A DNA stretch of 64,000 nucleotides, taken from contig NC_043010.1 of the NCBI RefSeq assembly GCF_006345805.1, positions 2,666,001-2,730,000 of the forward strand. Direction: 5' to 3'. Below the pieces are notes generated by a model, which saw only the letters and a program-made list of their open reading frames with translations, ran no database searches and was not told where the DNA came from. The translations under genes and the position numbers were made by a program. Shown in pieces: positions 40,001-51,810 of this stretch (positions are counted from its first letter, which is position 1; the number at the start of each line of letters is the position of its first letter). Origin of the DNA: Octopus sinensis. Lineage: Eukaryota.

Positions 40001-40717
40001 GTATTATATATATATAAATCCTTAAATCCTTAAAAATGTTTTAGCTCGAAGGCTGCGGTCATGCTGGGGCATAAAGGTAATGGGTAAAGACGCTCTTTGG
40101 TCCTGAATGACCATGTGATTGCACCTAGAAATTTCCCCTCCAAGGTACAAGTCTGGGCAAGGTTGTTCATATATATATATATATATAATATATATGCTTG
40201 TTCCCCTATCTAGTGTTTGTTTATGTGCTTGTAACTTCATGGTTTTTGCAATAGAGACTGGTAAAGTAAGTATGTGACTTAAAATTAAATGCTGGGGTTG
40301 ATGTTTGACCAAACCCTGAATGACCACTGTCCAGTGACTGGAACAAGTAAAGTAACCCATTTCAATTTGAAGCTGCATGGAAAAGCTGTTTATCAGAAGC
40401 CCAATATCTTTATAAAGCATTTGTTCTTCCTGATCAGAATTGTTACTAAACATTTTGCTTTAAAATCTTGGTTACAACCTATAAAAACGTATTCAGTGCA
40501 TTCAGTTAGAAATCTTTTGTTGGTAGTCAAGGTTTTCAGCCCTGTAAGCTATCATATTACCCAACCCAAGCATCATATATTGATACACAAAGAACGACAA
40601 GCTTGTATTGAAAAAGGAAGAAGAAATATACCTTCAACATTTACATAAGTTAACTGATCTCTGTTTCATTCCACACTGCATCTGTATCAAGATTACTGAC
40701 TCTGATCCACACACACA

Positions 40718-40751
<34 letters not shown>

Positions 40752-41070
40752 TTCAAATACATGCACGCAGATGTACAAATGAATGTATAACTACGCAATT
40801 TATGTGTGCATTCACATGGACATTCATGTGTACACATGCACACACAGATATATATATATGTGTACATAAGTGTATACACACACAAGTGTGCACTCAAGCA
40901 CAAATATATGTTCATGAATATACATATGTGTATATAAACAAATAAACAATTGCACACGTAAAAATATATGTATACACCCACGCACACATCATGTAGCTCT
41001 GAAACTAAATTGTAATGAAATAAACATGCTATGCTTTGTGTACTGAGTTCCAGTTTTCCTGCTTGGGACA

Positions 41071-41262
41071 ATCATCATCATCGTTTAACGTCCGTTTTTC
41101 CATGCTAGCATGGGTTGGACGGTTCAACTGGGGTCTGGGGAGCCAGAAGGCTGCACCAGGCTCCAGTCTGATCTGCCAGTGTTTCTACAGCTGGATGCCC
41201 TTCCTAATGCCAACCACTCCATGAGTGTAGTCGATGCTTTTTACGTGCCACCTGCACAGGTG
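41071..41262 (-). mobile_element. RTE 3' end (family D)
   Basis: (CAT)n-CGTTTAACGTCCGTTTTCCATGCTAGCATGGG... Confidence 0.88.
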
Positions 41263-41585
41263 CCAAACCTATACATAATACACACACACATGCACACGTG
41301 ATGTGTGTGTTATGGTGACAATCATGACTCCTCCTGTGAGAATGAACTATCCAAACTTGGATAAGAAACAGTGTATTTGACCGAAAGGGAGAGAGATGAG
41401 GAATTGCAGGAAGTCGAAAGGTGTTGCTCGTGAATTTGTGGAGTTGTTGTAGTTCGTTGAGGGTTGTTTTCGATCGGTTACAGTTATCGGCAGAGTATTT
41501 GGGAACATACCAAGTAGATACACTTGGTGTCTGCCCCGTTCCATGGTATTGTATATCACACTGTTATTAGTACATGATATTAAAG

Positions 41586-41886
41586 GAGGTGCAATGGCCC
41601 AGTGGTTAGGGTAGCGGACTGGCGGTTGTAGGATCGCAGTTTCGATTCCCAGACCGGGCGTTGTGAGTGTTTATTGAGCAAAAACACCTAAAGTTCCACG
41701 AGGCTCCAGCATGGAGTGGTGGTGATCCCTGCTGTACTCTTTCGCCACAACTTTCTCTCACTCTTTCTTCTGTTTAGCCTGCTCGGTTAGCCAGCAGGGT
41801 GGCGTCATTTAAAGGCTAAAACAAGGCGAAGCGCATTGTAACCAGCGATGTGTAGCAACATCTGATAGCCTGGTCAGTCACAGTGA
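41586..41886 (+). mobile_element. SINE family C inserted in the 5' LTR
   Basis: TSD ATTAAAG on both sides; absent from the 3' LTR. Confidence 0.92.
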
Positions 41887-42059
41887 TTAAAGTGATATAT
41901 ATAGAAACTATGTTATAAAAGTGGTGACAAGTGATTCAAAGCTTACGTTAGTCATTAGCAATTTTTTTACGATACAAAATATTCATTAATTATAGAAGAA
42001 CTATTTGCTAACATATTACAGTTGCAAGAGTAATAGCAACAGGAGTTTCACCAACAACT

Positions 42060-42900
42060 ACAACAGCAACAACTATAACACAATCAGTTGCTGGAACTGA
42101 TGTTGAAGTCGGAAAACACTGCAAGTTCGTTTTCAGCAAATGGCATTGCGAATGCTATAACTGAATTTAGTTATAACCCAGAGGAGGGTATAACATTTTC
42201 GGCATACCCCAGAAAATACAAAGAAATCTTCAAGGAAGAATGCAGGTTTTGGAAGATGATGAAAAAGTGAGACTACTGTTACAAAAATTAGCTCCTTTAG
42301 AACATGAAAAATACTATAATTTTAACTTGCCTAAAATAACAAGTGAAATCTTTTCAAGAAAACAATTGAATTGCTATAGAAAATTACTGTTTTTAAATCT
42401 TACAACGAGAGATATTCAGCAACAGTACTTTGGAGTAAAGATTGTTTGCCAACATAACATGGCAGCCCTGGTTTAGAACGAATTTTGCTGTAATTTAGCC
42501 CTAGGAGACCTCGTCTCCAGCTGGCTATACAACACAATCTCTGTCCTTATATTTTTGAACAAGGGGAATCTAGCACCCCACTCAGCTCAAAACAATATCT
42601 AGACACAGGTAAGTGACATTACAATTATTGATACAGACAGGTGGAAGAAAATTGGGAAACCTATATCAATGAAAACATTGAAACTTGTGTGAGGTGTCAC
42701 ATGTGAAAGATCACACTTCTTGGGTGCAATGGTAAGCAACGTTACATTTCATGGTAAAACCTGTGAAGCAAAAGTGTCTGTATTAAGAAATGCAATAAAC
42801 TTGATCAGTACTGACTGGATGGAGTTGTTTGATTTAGGGAACTTCCCCATAAATCTGTTCTGTAAAAGAAATAAATGAGTGTTCCTCCAGTAAGAATACG
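42060..42900 (+). pseudogene. Gypsy gag and aspartic protease remnants
   Basis: ITEFSYNPEEGITFSAY, KVRLLLQKL..LEHEKYYNF; YLDTG-SDITII protease motif at ~42595-42630. Confidence 0.8.
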
Positions 42901-42914
42901 GTATCAGATGAACT

Positions 42915-43318
42915 CTTTACTCTTTTACTCTTTTACTTGTTTCAGTCATTTGACTGCGGCCATGCTGGAGCACCACCTTTAGTTGAATCAAATCGACACC
43001 AGGACTTATTCTTTGTAGGCCTAGTACTTATTCTATCAGTCTCTTTTTACCGAACCGCAAAGTTATGGGGATGTAAACACACTAGCATCGGTTGTCAAGG
43101 GGTTTTTCGGGGGGACAAATACAGACACACAAACACACACACATATATATACATACATACGACGAGCTTCTTTCAGTTTCCGTCTACCAAATCCGCTCAC
43201 CAGACTTTGGTCGGGCCAAGGCTATAGTAGAAGACACTTGCCCAAGGTGCCACACAGTGGGACTGAACCTGGAACCATGTGGTTGGTAAGTGAGCTACTT
43301 ACAACACAGCCACTCTTG
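42915..43318 (-). mobile_element. SINE family A nested between protease and RT
   Basis: Full family A body. Confidence 0.9.
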
Positions 43319-43319
43319 C

Positions 43320-44813
43320 TGAAGAAAAATTTTTTAAATACTTTTCCTGAAGTGTTGTCAGATAAATTGGGTTTGTGTACTAAAACTTAGCCATGTTTGC
43401 AAATTAAGGAAAATGCAATACCAATGTTCAATCCAAAAAGAATGGTATATTTTGGTGCAGTAACACATGTTGATGAAGAATTAGACAGAATAGAGAAAAT
43501 AGAGTTATCCAAAAAGTAGAATATGCAAAATGGGCAACCCCAACGGTGTGTATTAAAAAAAAGAATAACAAAATCAGGGTGTGTGTTGATTTTTCCACTG
43601 GCTTGAATGGATGTCTGAAAATGTGTTTATTATCTTCTACCAACTCTGGAGGATATTTTTGTGAAGTTAAGCAGAAGCAAGATATTTCGAAATTGGATCT
43701 CTCCAATGTGTACCTACAAATTAGAGTGGATGAGGAATGCTCAAAATACCTAACAGTGAATACACATAAAGGACTGTATAAATATAACAGACTACCATTT
43801 GGTCTAAAGGTTGCACCTGCAATTTTTCGACAGATAATAGTTGCAATGTTAGTGGATTGTGAATTCGCATGTCGAGGAGCATGTAAAATGTATTTTGGTA
43901 AAATTGAGAGACTACGGTTTCACATTGAGTGAGAAAAGATGTGAATTTTTCTTACCTGAAATTAAATACTTAAAACAAATTATTGACAGGAATGGATTAC
44001 AACTAGACCTGTCAAAGGCAGACACAATTAAAAATATTCCTCCTCCAACTAATATATTGACCTTACAAGCTTTTCTAGGTCTAGCAAATTATTATCAAAA
44101 TTATATACCAAATATGCATGAATTGAGAGCTCCACTAAATAATTTACTAAAAAGGGATGTGAAGTGGAATTGGTTAAATAATTGTCAAAAAGCATTTGAC
44201 AACATTAAAAAGATATTGATATCAGATTTGTCACTGGCTCATTTCAATCCTGCAGTGGAGATTGTTGTAGCTTCTGACACTTTTGAATATAGCATAGAAG
44301 CAGTAATGCTACACAAGTATAGAGACAGTAATATGAAGGCAGTGGTTCAAACCTCACATTCTCTGATAGCAGTAGAGAAAATCTATAGTCAAATAGAGAA
44401 AGAAGCTCAAACGATCATTTTTGCTGTGAAGAAATTTCACAGATTTTCACACAGTAGAAATTTTCAGCTACAAACTGATCACTGACCATTATTATGAATT
44501 TTGGGGTTGAAGAAAGGAATTCCTACGCATACTGTAAATCAGTTGCAATGCTGGGGTACGATATTGTTGAATTACAACTTTAAGATGGAGTGTATACTAT
44601 CCAAGGGGTTAGGCCATGTGGATTGTTTATCAAGGTTAATTCCAAAAAATATGGAACTGTTCGAAGATACCATGATTGCTGCATTGCAAGCGGAAAATGA
44701 AATAAAAGACATTTTGTGTAAAGACATTCAGGAACTGCCAGTAACTGTTCAAGATATAAAATTAAACTTGGAGAATGACAAATTCATTGCAAAGATGAAA
44801 GAAACGTTGAAAG
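43320..44813 (+). pseudogene. Gypsy reverse transcriptase / RNase H remnant
   Basis: IRVCVDFSTGLN, SKLDLSNVYLQI, YNRLPFGLKVAPAIF, LQAFLGLANYY, IVVASD, YSQIEKEA..IIFAVKKFH, FQLQTDH; the YxDD segment is deleted near 43865. Confidence 0.92.
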
Positions 44814-44821
44814 TAAAAATA

Positions 44822-45551
44822 GGTGCTACTATAATATGCCTTGCTATTTGTGACCTACCATATATGACAATGCACTCTACCAAACAACCCACTTACAGCC
44901 TTCAGTAATTAATTCTAGCCCATTTAGTTGTCAATAGTTTTATGTTCAATGAAGAGATAGGGACCCTTTGATTCATATCATAGAACGTGAATGTAAGCTT
45001 GGCTCTGTGATCCATTCCGATGAGTGGCTGGTCTACCATTGCTTAAGGAATATTGGTTGTCAGCACAAAACAGTCAATCATCAAGTAAATTATGTGAGCT
45101 CGACATCACAAGCTCATATACAAGCTATTGAGCGATCGTGTCTTGATGCCAAGATTGAAATACTCAAGAAAAAAAAGAGACGTACCTACTCAAAATTTTT
45201 CAATCGCATTTGGATCGTTATTGTTGGAAAATGCTCAGGAAAAACAATGACCTGTTCACTGTTTTTTCACCTGGTATCAGATCAGTTTACAAACATTAAA
45301 TTCAGTATTTGATGATTTTTTATTTTGTATAATATGGTGTTAATAATTTAAGGTGTTAAAGATTTTTTTATAAATTTTACACTACAAACTGTTTATTATA
45401 TGCCTTTCCTTTTGTAGAATAAATTTTTAATGATTTTTAACATATTTCATACTACCAATAGTTGGTAGACATCGTACTATAGTTGGAAATTAATAGTAGA
45501 TATTATACTATAGTAGAAAATAGATGATAGATATCATTCTATAGTAGCACC
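44822..45551 (+). mobile_element. Merlin (IS1016/ISXO2-like) transposon, internally deleted
   Basis: 8-bp TSD TAAAAATA (44814-44821, 45552-45559); TIRs GGTGCTACTATA/TATAGTAGCACC; ORF 44968-45312 GSVIHSDEW..Y..L...HKTVNH..NYV...AHIQAIE. Confidence 0.9.
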
Positions 45552-45559
45552 TAAAAATA

Positions 45560-46554
45560 TACATAACACAAATGTAAACTATTTTTCTCTGTGCAATAAT
45601 GTGTTGATGTATGCACAAAGAGTTGTAGTGCCAGCCAGACTACAAAAGCATGGATTAAGTGAATTTCATATGGGACACCCAGATATTTCAAGAAGGAAAT
45701 CAGTAATGAGGAATTATGTGTAATTGCCTACTATGGACTGTGATACTGAACAATTGGTGAAATCCTGCAGCGGTTGTGCTCTCACAGAAAAGTCACTACT
45801 GGTGAAATTCCAGTCATGGCCAAAGACAAACAGTCCATGGTCCAAGCTACATATAGATTTTGCTGGACCGGTGAATTATCTGATCCTAGTAAGCAGCTAT
45901 ACCAAGTGGCTGGAGATATGTTAATGAAGTCAACCAACCTTGAAGGTAACAATAATGTACCTTCACAAAGTTTTGCATGATACAGTGTCCCAGATACCAT
46001 AGTATCAGTAGACAGAATGCAGTTTTCGGGGTATGAATTTTAAAATTTCTGTGAGAGGTATGCAATCAATCACATCTCTACTCCACCATCCCACCTGAGA
46101 TCAAATGGGTAAGCAGAGAGTTTCGTAGACACATTTAAGTGAGCACTAAAAAAAATCAGGAAGTGAATTAGGCAATAATGCAGCACTAACTCAATTCATA
46201 AGAGTTTACTGGGTATCACCTAACCCAAACACCAGTTCAAGCAAGTCACCCACAAAGCTAATGTTTGCCTGGAAGATAAGATCAATTTTTGAAAAATTGT
46301 TACCTACAAAAAAAAAATTATAGGGAAAAACCTAAGAAACACAACAAAGTATTTTTAATGTGGGAGATAAAGTTCATTTCAAAATATATACAAATGGAAG
46401 ACATGGTTGGGAGGACAGTATAGTGATGAAAAGAATAGTCAGTATTATGTACAAAATAAAAGGTCAAATAGAAGAGCACAAACAACATTTGAATCAGTTG
46501 ATGACAAGACGTACTGAAGAAAGAGAAGGAATACCAATGGAAGTTTGTTACCAC
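45560..46554 (+). pseudogene. Gypsy integrase remnant
   Basis: RVVVP..FHMGHP..KSCSGC (HHCC) and PWSKLHIDFAGP..YLILVSSYTKWLE. Confidence 0.88.
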
Positions 46555-47208
46555 TTACTCTTTTACTCTTTACTTTTTTACTTGTTTCAGTCATTTGACT
46601 GCGGCCATGCTGGAGCACCGCCTTTAGTCGAGCAAATCGACCCCGGGACTTATTCTTTGTAAGCCCAGTACTTATTCTATCGGTCTCTTTTGCCGAACCA
46701 CTAAGTGACGGGGACGTAAACACACCAGCATCGGTTGTCAAGCAATGCTAGGGGGACAAACACACACACACACACATATATATATACATATATATATTTC
46801 TTTACTACCCACAAGGGGCTAAACATAGAGAGGACAAACAAGGAAAGACAAAGGGATTAAGTCGATTACATCGACCCCAGTGCGTAACTGGTACTTAATT
46901 TATCGACCCTGAAAGGATGAAAGGCAAAGTCGACCTCGGCGGAATTTGAACTCGGAACGTAACGACAGACGAAATACGGCTACACATTTCGCCCGGTGTG
47001 CTAACGTTTCGCCCAGCTCGCCGCCTTCATTATATACATATATACGACAGGCTTCTTTTCAGTTTCCGTCTACCAAATCCACTCACAAGGCATTGATCGG
47101 CCTGAGGATATAGCAGAAGACACTTGCCCAAGATGCCACGCAGTGGGACTGAACCCGGAACCACGTGGCTGGTTAGCAAGCTACTTACCACACAGCCACC
47201 CCTGCGCC
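46555..47208 (-). mobile_element. SINE family A with nested SINE B (46797-47028, minus)
   Basis: Family A body split within its (AC/AT) tract by a complete family B copy. Confidence 0.92.
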
Positions 47209-48032
47209 TTGTTCAATGTTCCAAGCCAAAAGAGTTTGAACCTAGGTCGATCAGTAATAGAAGACATAAACAAGCAGAATGACTAGAAATAGTTCCTAAG
47301 TGAAAGAAGTATTAAAACTTCTGAGGAAATTAAAATCTCAAAACAGGGAGAGGTGATGAAAAAAAAAGAATAAAATTAAATAAACAATTTGCACTTTCTT
47401 CAGAAGTCATATCTCAAAAGAGGAGATGTTATGGCGAGAATCATGACACCTCCTGTGAGAATGGACTAACTGAACTCATATATGTAGCAGTGTGTTTGAC
47501 TGAGAGCGGGTTTGACTGAGAAATCGCAGTAAGTCAAAAGGTGTCACTCATGAGTTTGTTGATTTGCAGGAAATTGTTGAAAAATTGTCATAGTTTGTTG
47601 AGAGTTGTTTTGGATTGGTTACAGTTGTTGACAGAGTATTTGGAAATACATCAAGTAGAGACAGTTGGTGTCTACCCTTTTCCATGGTATTGCATATCAA
47701 ACTGTTATTAGTGCACGACACTAGGGTAACATATACAGAAACCACATTATAAAAGTGTGTGTGTGTGTGTGATCATTGTTTTAACATGCACTTTTCCATG
47801 CTTGCAGAGGTTGGGCAGAATTTGTTGAGGCAGATTTTCCATAGCTGGATGCCCTTCCTGTCATCAACCCTCACTTATTTCCTAGTAACATAATATTTTC
47901 TTATAACCAGATCTGTTTTCACAGAATCTGGAAATGAGGGACACTGTTTGTATGATAGTGACACTCATTGATGACTATCATACAATGTCAGTGCAAGAAA
48001 GCACTATTAGACATTCCAATAGACACGCACAC

Positions 48033-48187
48033 CAGGTACGGTCCCAGGAATTTTTTGAAGGGAGGGCACAGAATCTGAAAGGAATATAATTCCAGGAGAA
48101 AAAGCATAACAATATCATTTAGAAGTATGCACTTCATTTCTTGAGTGGGGGGGGCACAAGCCCCCCCCCCCGCTGGCTCCGTCCCTG
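48033..48187. mobile_element. Small MITE-like element
   Basis: Ends CAGGTACGGTCCCAG / CTGGCTCCGTCCCTG; no clear TSD. Confidence 0.5.
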
Positions 48188-48334
48188 TATACACATGTAT
48201 GTGTATATATATATATATATATAATATATATATATATATTATATATATATATATATATAACAGGCTTCTTTCAGTTTCCATATACCAAATCCTTTCACAA
48301 GGCTTTGCTTTGGAAGCTCACTATACAAAAATGT

Positions 48335-48975
48335 TCATGTCAAACTGGGTAAAAGTGATACAAAAATCTCTGAAATTCTCCAGTCTGCTTATGGATTAAG
48401 CATCTGCTTTTTGGTGGTGCAAGAATTCAGGCAAAGCAAGTCCACTGGAAAGATTATGATGACCTCCCTTTTTGATGGCCAAGGCATCATCGACATTCAC
48501 TGGGTTCCCTCTGGCCAAACAGTCAACAGAGAATACTTTGTGGAGGTTTAGAGTGAGTTCAGGAAGAGACTTTGTTGCAAAAGGCAGCAGCAACAGCAAC
48601 AGCCGTTCAAGAATTTGAACCTGGAGATCTCCATTTCCAGCGACTTTGAGGGCCACCTCCCAGTGGTGTCAGGTGTCAACGAAGAGCCCTCGACTACAAC
48701 AAGACGACCAAGGTTTTTTTTTTCCAAGGTCTGGGGTCTCCCGCCCCTAAGCCCTAGACCATCACCTAATCACCCTTACCCGTCTTGTTGCTTAACAACA
48801 ACAACAACAACAACAACAGCAACAGTATCAAGACAATGCACCAGTCCACAATTCTATCCTGGCAGCCAACAACTCATTAGAAATGGGCATCGGAACTTTC
48901 TCTCACCCTCCATACAGTTCAGATCTTCTTCCCTGTGACTTTTGGTCATTTCCCAAAGTGAAGAAGATGAAGGTG
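48335..48975 (+). mobile_element. mariner (D-34-D) remnant interrupted by a retroposed insert
   Basis: KLGKSDTKISEILQSAYG; KSTGKIMM...WVPSGQTVNREY; QDNAPVH..HPPYSSDLLPCDF (34 residues between the last two D). Confidence 0.85.
48601..48822 (+). mobile_element. Unclassified retroposon 3' end with (AAC)n tail
   Basis: Splits the mariner frame; CAGCAACAG on both sides; ends TTAACAACAACAAC. Confidence 0.5.
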
Positions 48976-50009
48976 GTTATGACAAGGGTCCTGGATACCT
49001 CAGCCTGTGTGTACATGTATGCATATACACTCACACACACACACTCACACATACATGGATAGGCACCTTGTGAATGTGACTTCTATTATAGCTTTGTGGG
49101 TAGATTTGGTAGATGGAAACTGAAAGAAACCCACCATATATATGTATGCATGCATGTAGGTAGGTATGTATGTATTTGTATACAAGGGCCGGGGAACAGG
49201 GGGTGCAGCGGGTGCTCCTGCACCCCTTGGAATTTTCAGGTGGTGCGAGATCAAAATTTGCACCCCCTACATAATTTTACCAGTTTCAGAAAATAGTGTC
49301 TAAAACATTATCTGCATAAGATGCTTGAAGCTAGATTTCGTTTCAAAGCAAAAACAAAGAACAAAAATAAATAAATAAAAGTGATTAAGCTGGGCTTAAA
49401 ATTCCCAAGGGAATTTATGACTAACCAACTTCTGAAGCAAAGTAGCGTCAAAATAAAAAGTATGTGACAACAACAAGAAGAACAACATGACCAGCATCTA
49501 CTTTTGACAGAAATAACTCCAAAATCTTGCAATGCTGAAAATGTGTGAAGGTTCTTGTCCTCTCTCAGTCTGTCACCTCTCTCAAGTTCTTTGTAGTTGA
49601 TGTTGCTAAAGACTGACGACATGGTTGAATGGATTCGACTGTTTGACCTCAGCCTAAAAATAAAAGCCCTTTAAAAATTCTTTCAGTCATATTGGTTTTC
49701 TCATTTAGGTTGTTAGGTCCAAAGTTTGACAAGGAAACAAAATGATTTATTTTTATCTTTGATATTTAATGCTCGTTGTTAAATGCTTTGATACTTATTG
49801 CTCATTCGAAATACTAGTCCAGTTTGATAAAAAGAAAAAAAAAGATTTTGAAAAGAAATGATTGTAGACCAATCCCGAAATTACCTAATTTTCAAAGAAA
49901 TGTATTTGACAATTTAAGACTAATTTGTATAAAAAGGAAATGATATTAAAAGCATTACCTACCGTCATCCTGACACAGTTAACCACGAAGATCACTTCAG
50001 AGGTGCTTT

Positions 50010-50702
50010 TTTTTGCTCATAAGTCTAACCCTAGCTGAGGCCAGCACACCAGCTTATATGCTTTTAACAGGGGTCTTTAATTTTACTAATCTTAGCTGGT
50101 CCGAGGATTATATCCAGCCTGGAACTAAGCAACTGAAGTGGAGGGATATAAACCATTTCCTCAATACAACAAAAGACTTTCCCAAACAACAAATTATTAC
50201 CTGTCCAATTAGGGGAAAATAGCATACTCAACTTTGTCTTTATTCACAATGTTCAGGTCATTCCCACAGCTATTTCCAACCAAAGCATTATACAATTATC
50301 TGTATATGGTACAAAGAAATATCCGACTCGCAGCATGGATTTCTACCCTGAAGATCTTGCCTAATAAATCTTCTCCTTCTTGAAGAATGGATTACAAGGA
50401 CCATGGATGAAAAAGGCTTGGTGGGCGTGATATTTTTGGACTTTGCAAAGGCGTTTGACTCCGTTAATCACTGACTTCTCTTGCGCAAAATTCGAGCATT
50501 CAAGATTCATCCATTGGTGACTTTATGGATTTCTTCCTTCCCGAACTATCGAACCTTTTGGGTGCAGATAAATGGAGACCTCTCCATGGAGACGAATGCA
50601 TGCAGCGGCATTGCCCAGGGGTCGGTGCTGGGGCCAATACTTTTCCTTCTCTATATCAACGACTTGCCAAATTTTCTTGATGGAAGAGTTCTCCTATTTG
50701 CA
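50010..50702 (+). pseudogene. CR1-clade LINE reverse transcriptase fragment
   Basis: SQHGFLP, IFLDFAKAFDSVNH, SGIAQGSVLGPILFLLYINDLP; truncated just before the (Y/F)ADD motif. Confidence 0.9.
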
Positions 50703-50849
50703 ATTTGTATTTTTACTGCTTATTTTAGCTCTGCTTGATACATTTCCAAAATTAAACATTTTAATATGACAAATATACTTCACATTATTATATATACTAT
50801 GCATTAATGCAAAAAATATTGTGTTTATTGTGTTTATTGATCACACCTA

Positions 50850-51302
50850 CAATGGAAGATTTCAATACCAACTTCCTAAGGCAGTTATGAAAGGCTATCA
50901 AGACCAAACACCCAGAAAAACTGATGAATGGGGTCTTGTTTCATTAGGACAATGCTTCAGTACACAAGTCCTTGGTTTCAATGGCTGCTGTGTGTGACTG
51001 GCTTTGAACTGGTTGATCATCCTCCCTATGTTAGTGATTTGGTTCCTTCTGGTTATCATCTGTTTCCCAACATAGAAAAACACTCAGCTGAGCACCAGTA
51101 TCACTATGATAAGAACATCTCATCTGTTGTTGATGACCATTTTGATCAACAGAAAAGCTTCTTCACCAGTGCGACCCAAGCACTGCAACTATTTATGGAA
51201 ATGTGTGGATAGTAAGAGGAACTATGTCAGAAAATGAACTTCATTTGGTCACATTCCATTGAGAGTGTCTTGCTCAGATTATGAACATTTCAGCCGACCC
51301 CC
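50850..51302 (+). mobile_element. mariner transposase 3' remnant
   Basis: GVLFH*DNASVH, FELVDHPPYVSDLVPSGYHLFPN. Confidence 0.87.
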
Positions 51303-51609
51303 ATAATAATAAAAATCATTATTATACCTGCATTTGTTTTAATTTTAACATTGGAAAAATCCACATTTTTCATAAAAAAATTAGGACCTGGGTTTGCACC
51401 CCCTTAGCAAATTTTGTTGCTGGGCCACTGTTTGTATATTCTTGGCCAATGGCTTAAATCTACAGATACTAACAATACACTGTATTAAATCCAAGCTAAA
51501 CAGTGTTCATTTAACAAGATACCTCTTATTACATCACCTGACAAGACACTTCTGAGGGATGCACCACAACTAGTTGTAGAATTTCCCACCCATGAGATAT
51601 TTTCTTTTA

Positions 51610-51810
51610 CTCAAATCCAGGAACTTTTCAGCACCCCCTCGTGTATATTCTCTCCTTGTTTTTTTCTGTGTATCTTTCTGTCGAAGAGCGTAGGCTCGAA
51701 ACGTAAAAGACTTTTTCTATTTCTATGCCTGAGCGCTATACTAATACATTTGTTTGTTTGTACTCCACCTGCCTTCGTCTTTTGTTCATTTTCGTAAACT
51801 TTCCCATTAT
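51610..51810 (+). mobile_element. Penelope-like terminal fragment
   Basis: Related to 23395-23590 (GAAGAGC..GCTCGAAACGT, CCTGAGCG, TTTGTT..AC). Confidence 0.6.
51673..51710 (+). ncRNA. Minimal type-I hammerhead-like ribozyme (A6U core variant)
   Basis: UCUUU-CUGUCGA-A-GAGC(GUAG)GCUC-GAAAC-GUA-AAAGA: stem I UCUUU/AAAGA, stem II GAGC/GCUC. Confidence 0.5.

Larger units (their letters stand above)
41308..47754 (+). mobile_element. Full-length decayed Ty3/Gypsy LTR retrotransposon
   Basis: LTRs 41308-41920 and 47427-47754 both start TGTTATGG and end TTATAAAA; PBS-like GTGGTGACAAG at 41921; PPT AAAAGAGGAGA at 47416-47426; GTGTG on both flanks; gag-PR-RT-RH-INT order. Confidence 0.9.
49183..51430. 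mobile_element. hAT-like non-autonomous element with nested fragments
   Basis: 8-bp TSD TTTGTATA (49175-49182, 51431-51438); imperfect TIRs CAAGGGCCGG / CAGTGGCCCAG; subterminal TGCACCCC at both ends. Confidence 0.7.

Noticed and set aside
44968-45312. Bacterial IS1595 contamination
   Set aside because: TSD-flanked and embedded in a eukaryotic Gypsy element; consistent with Merlin.
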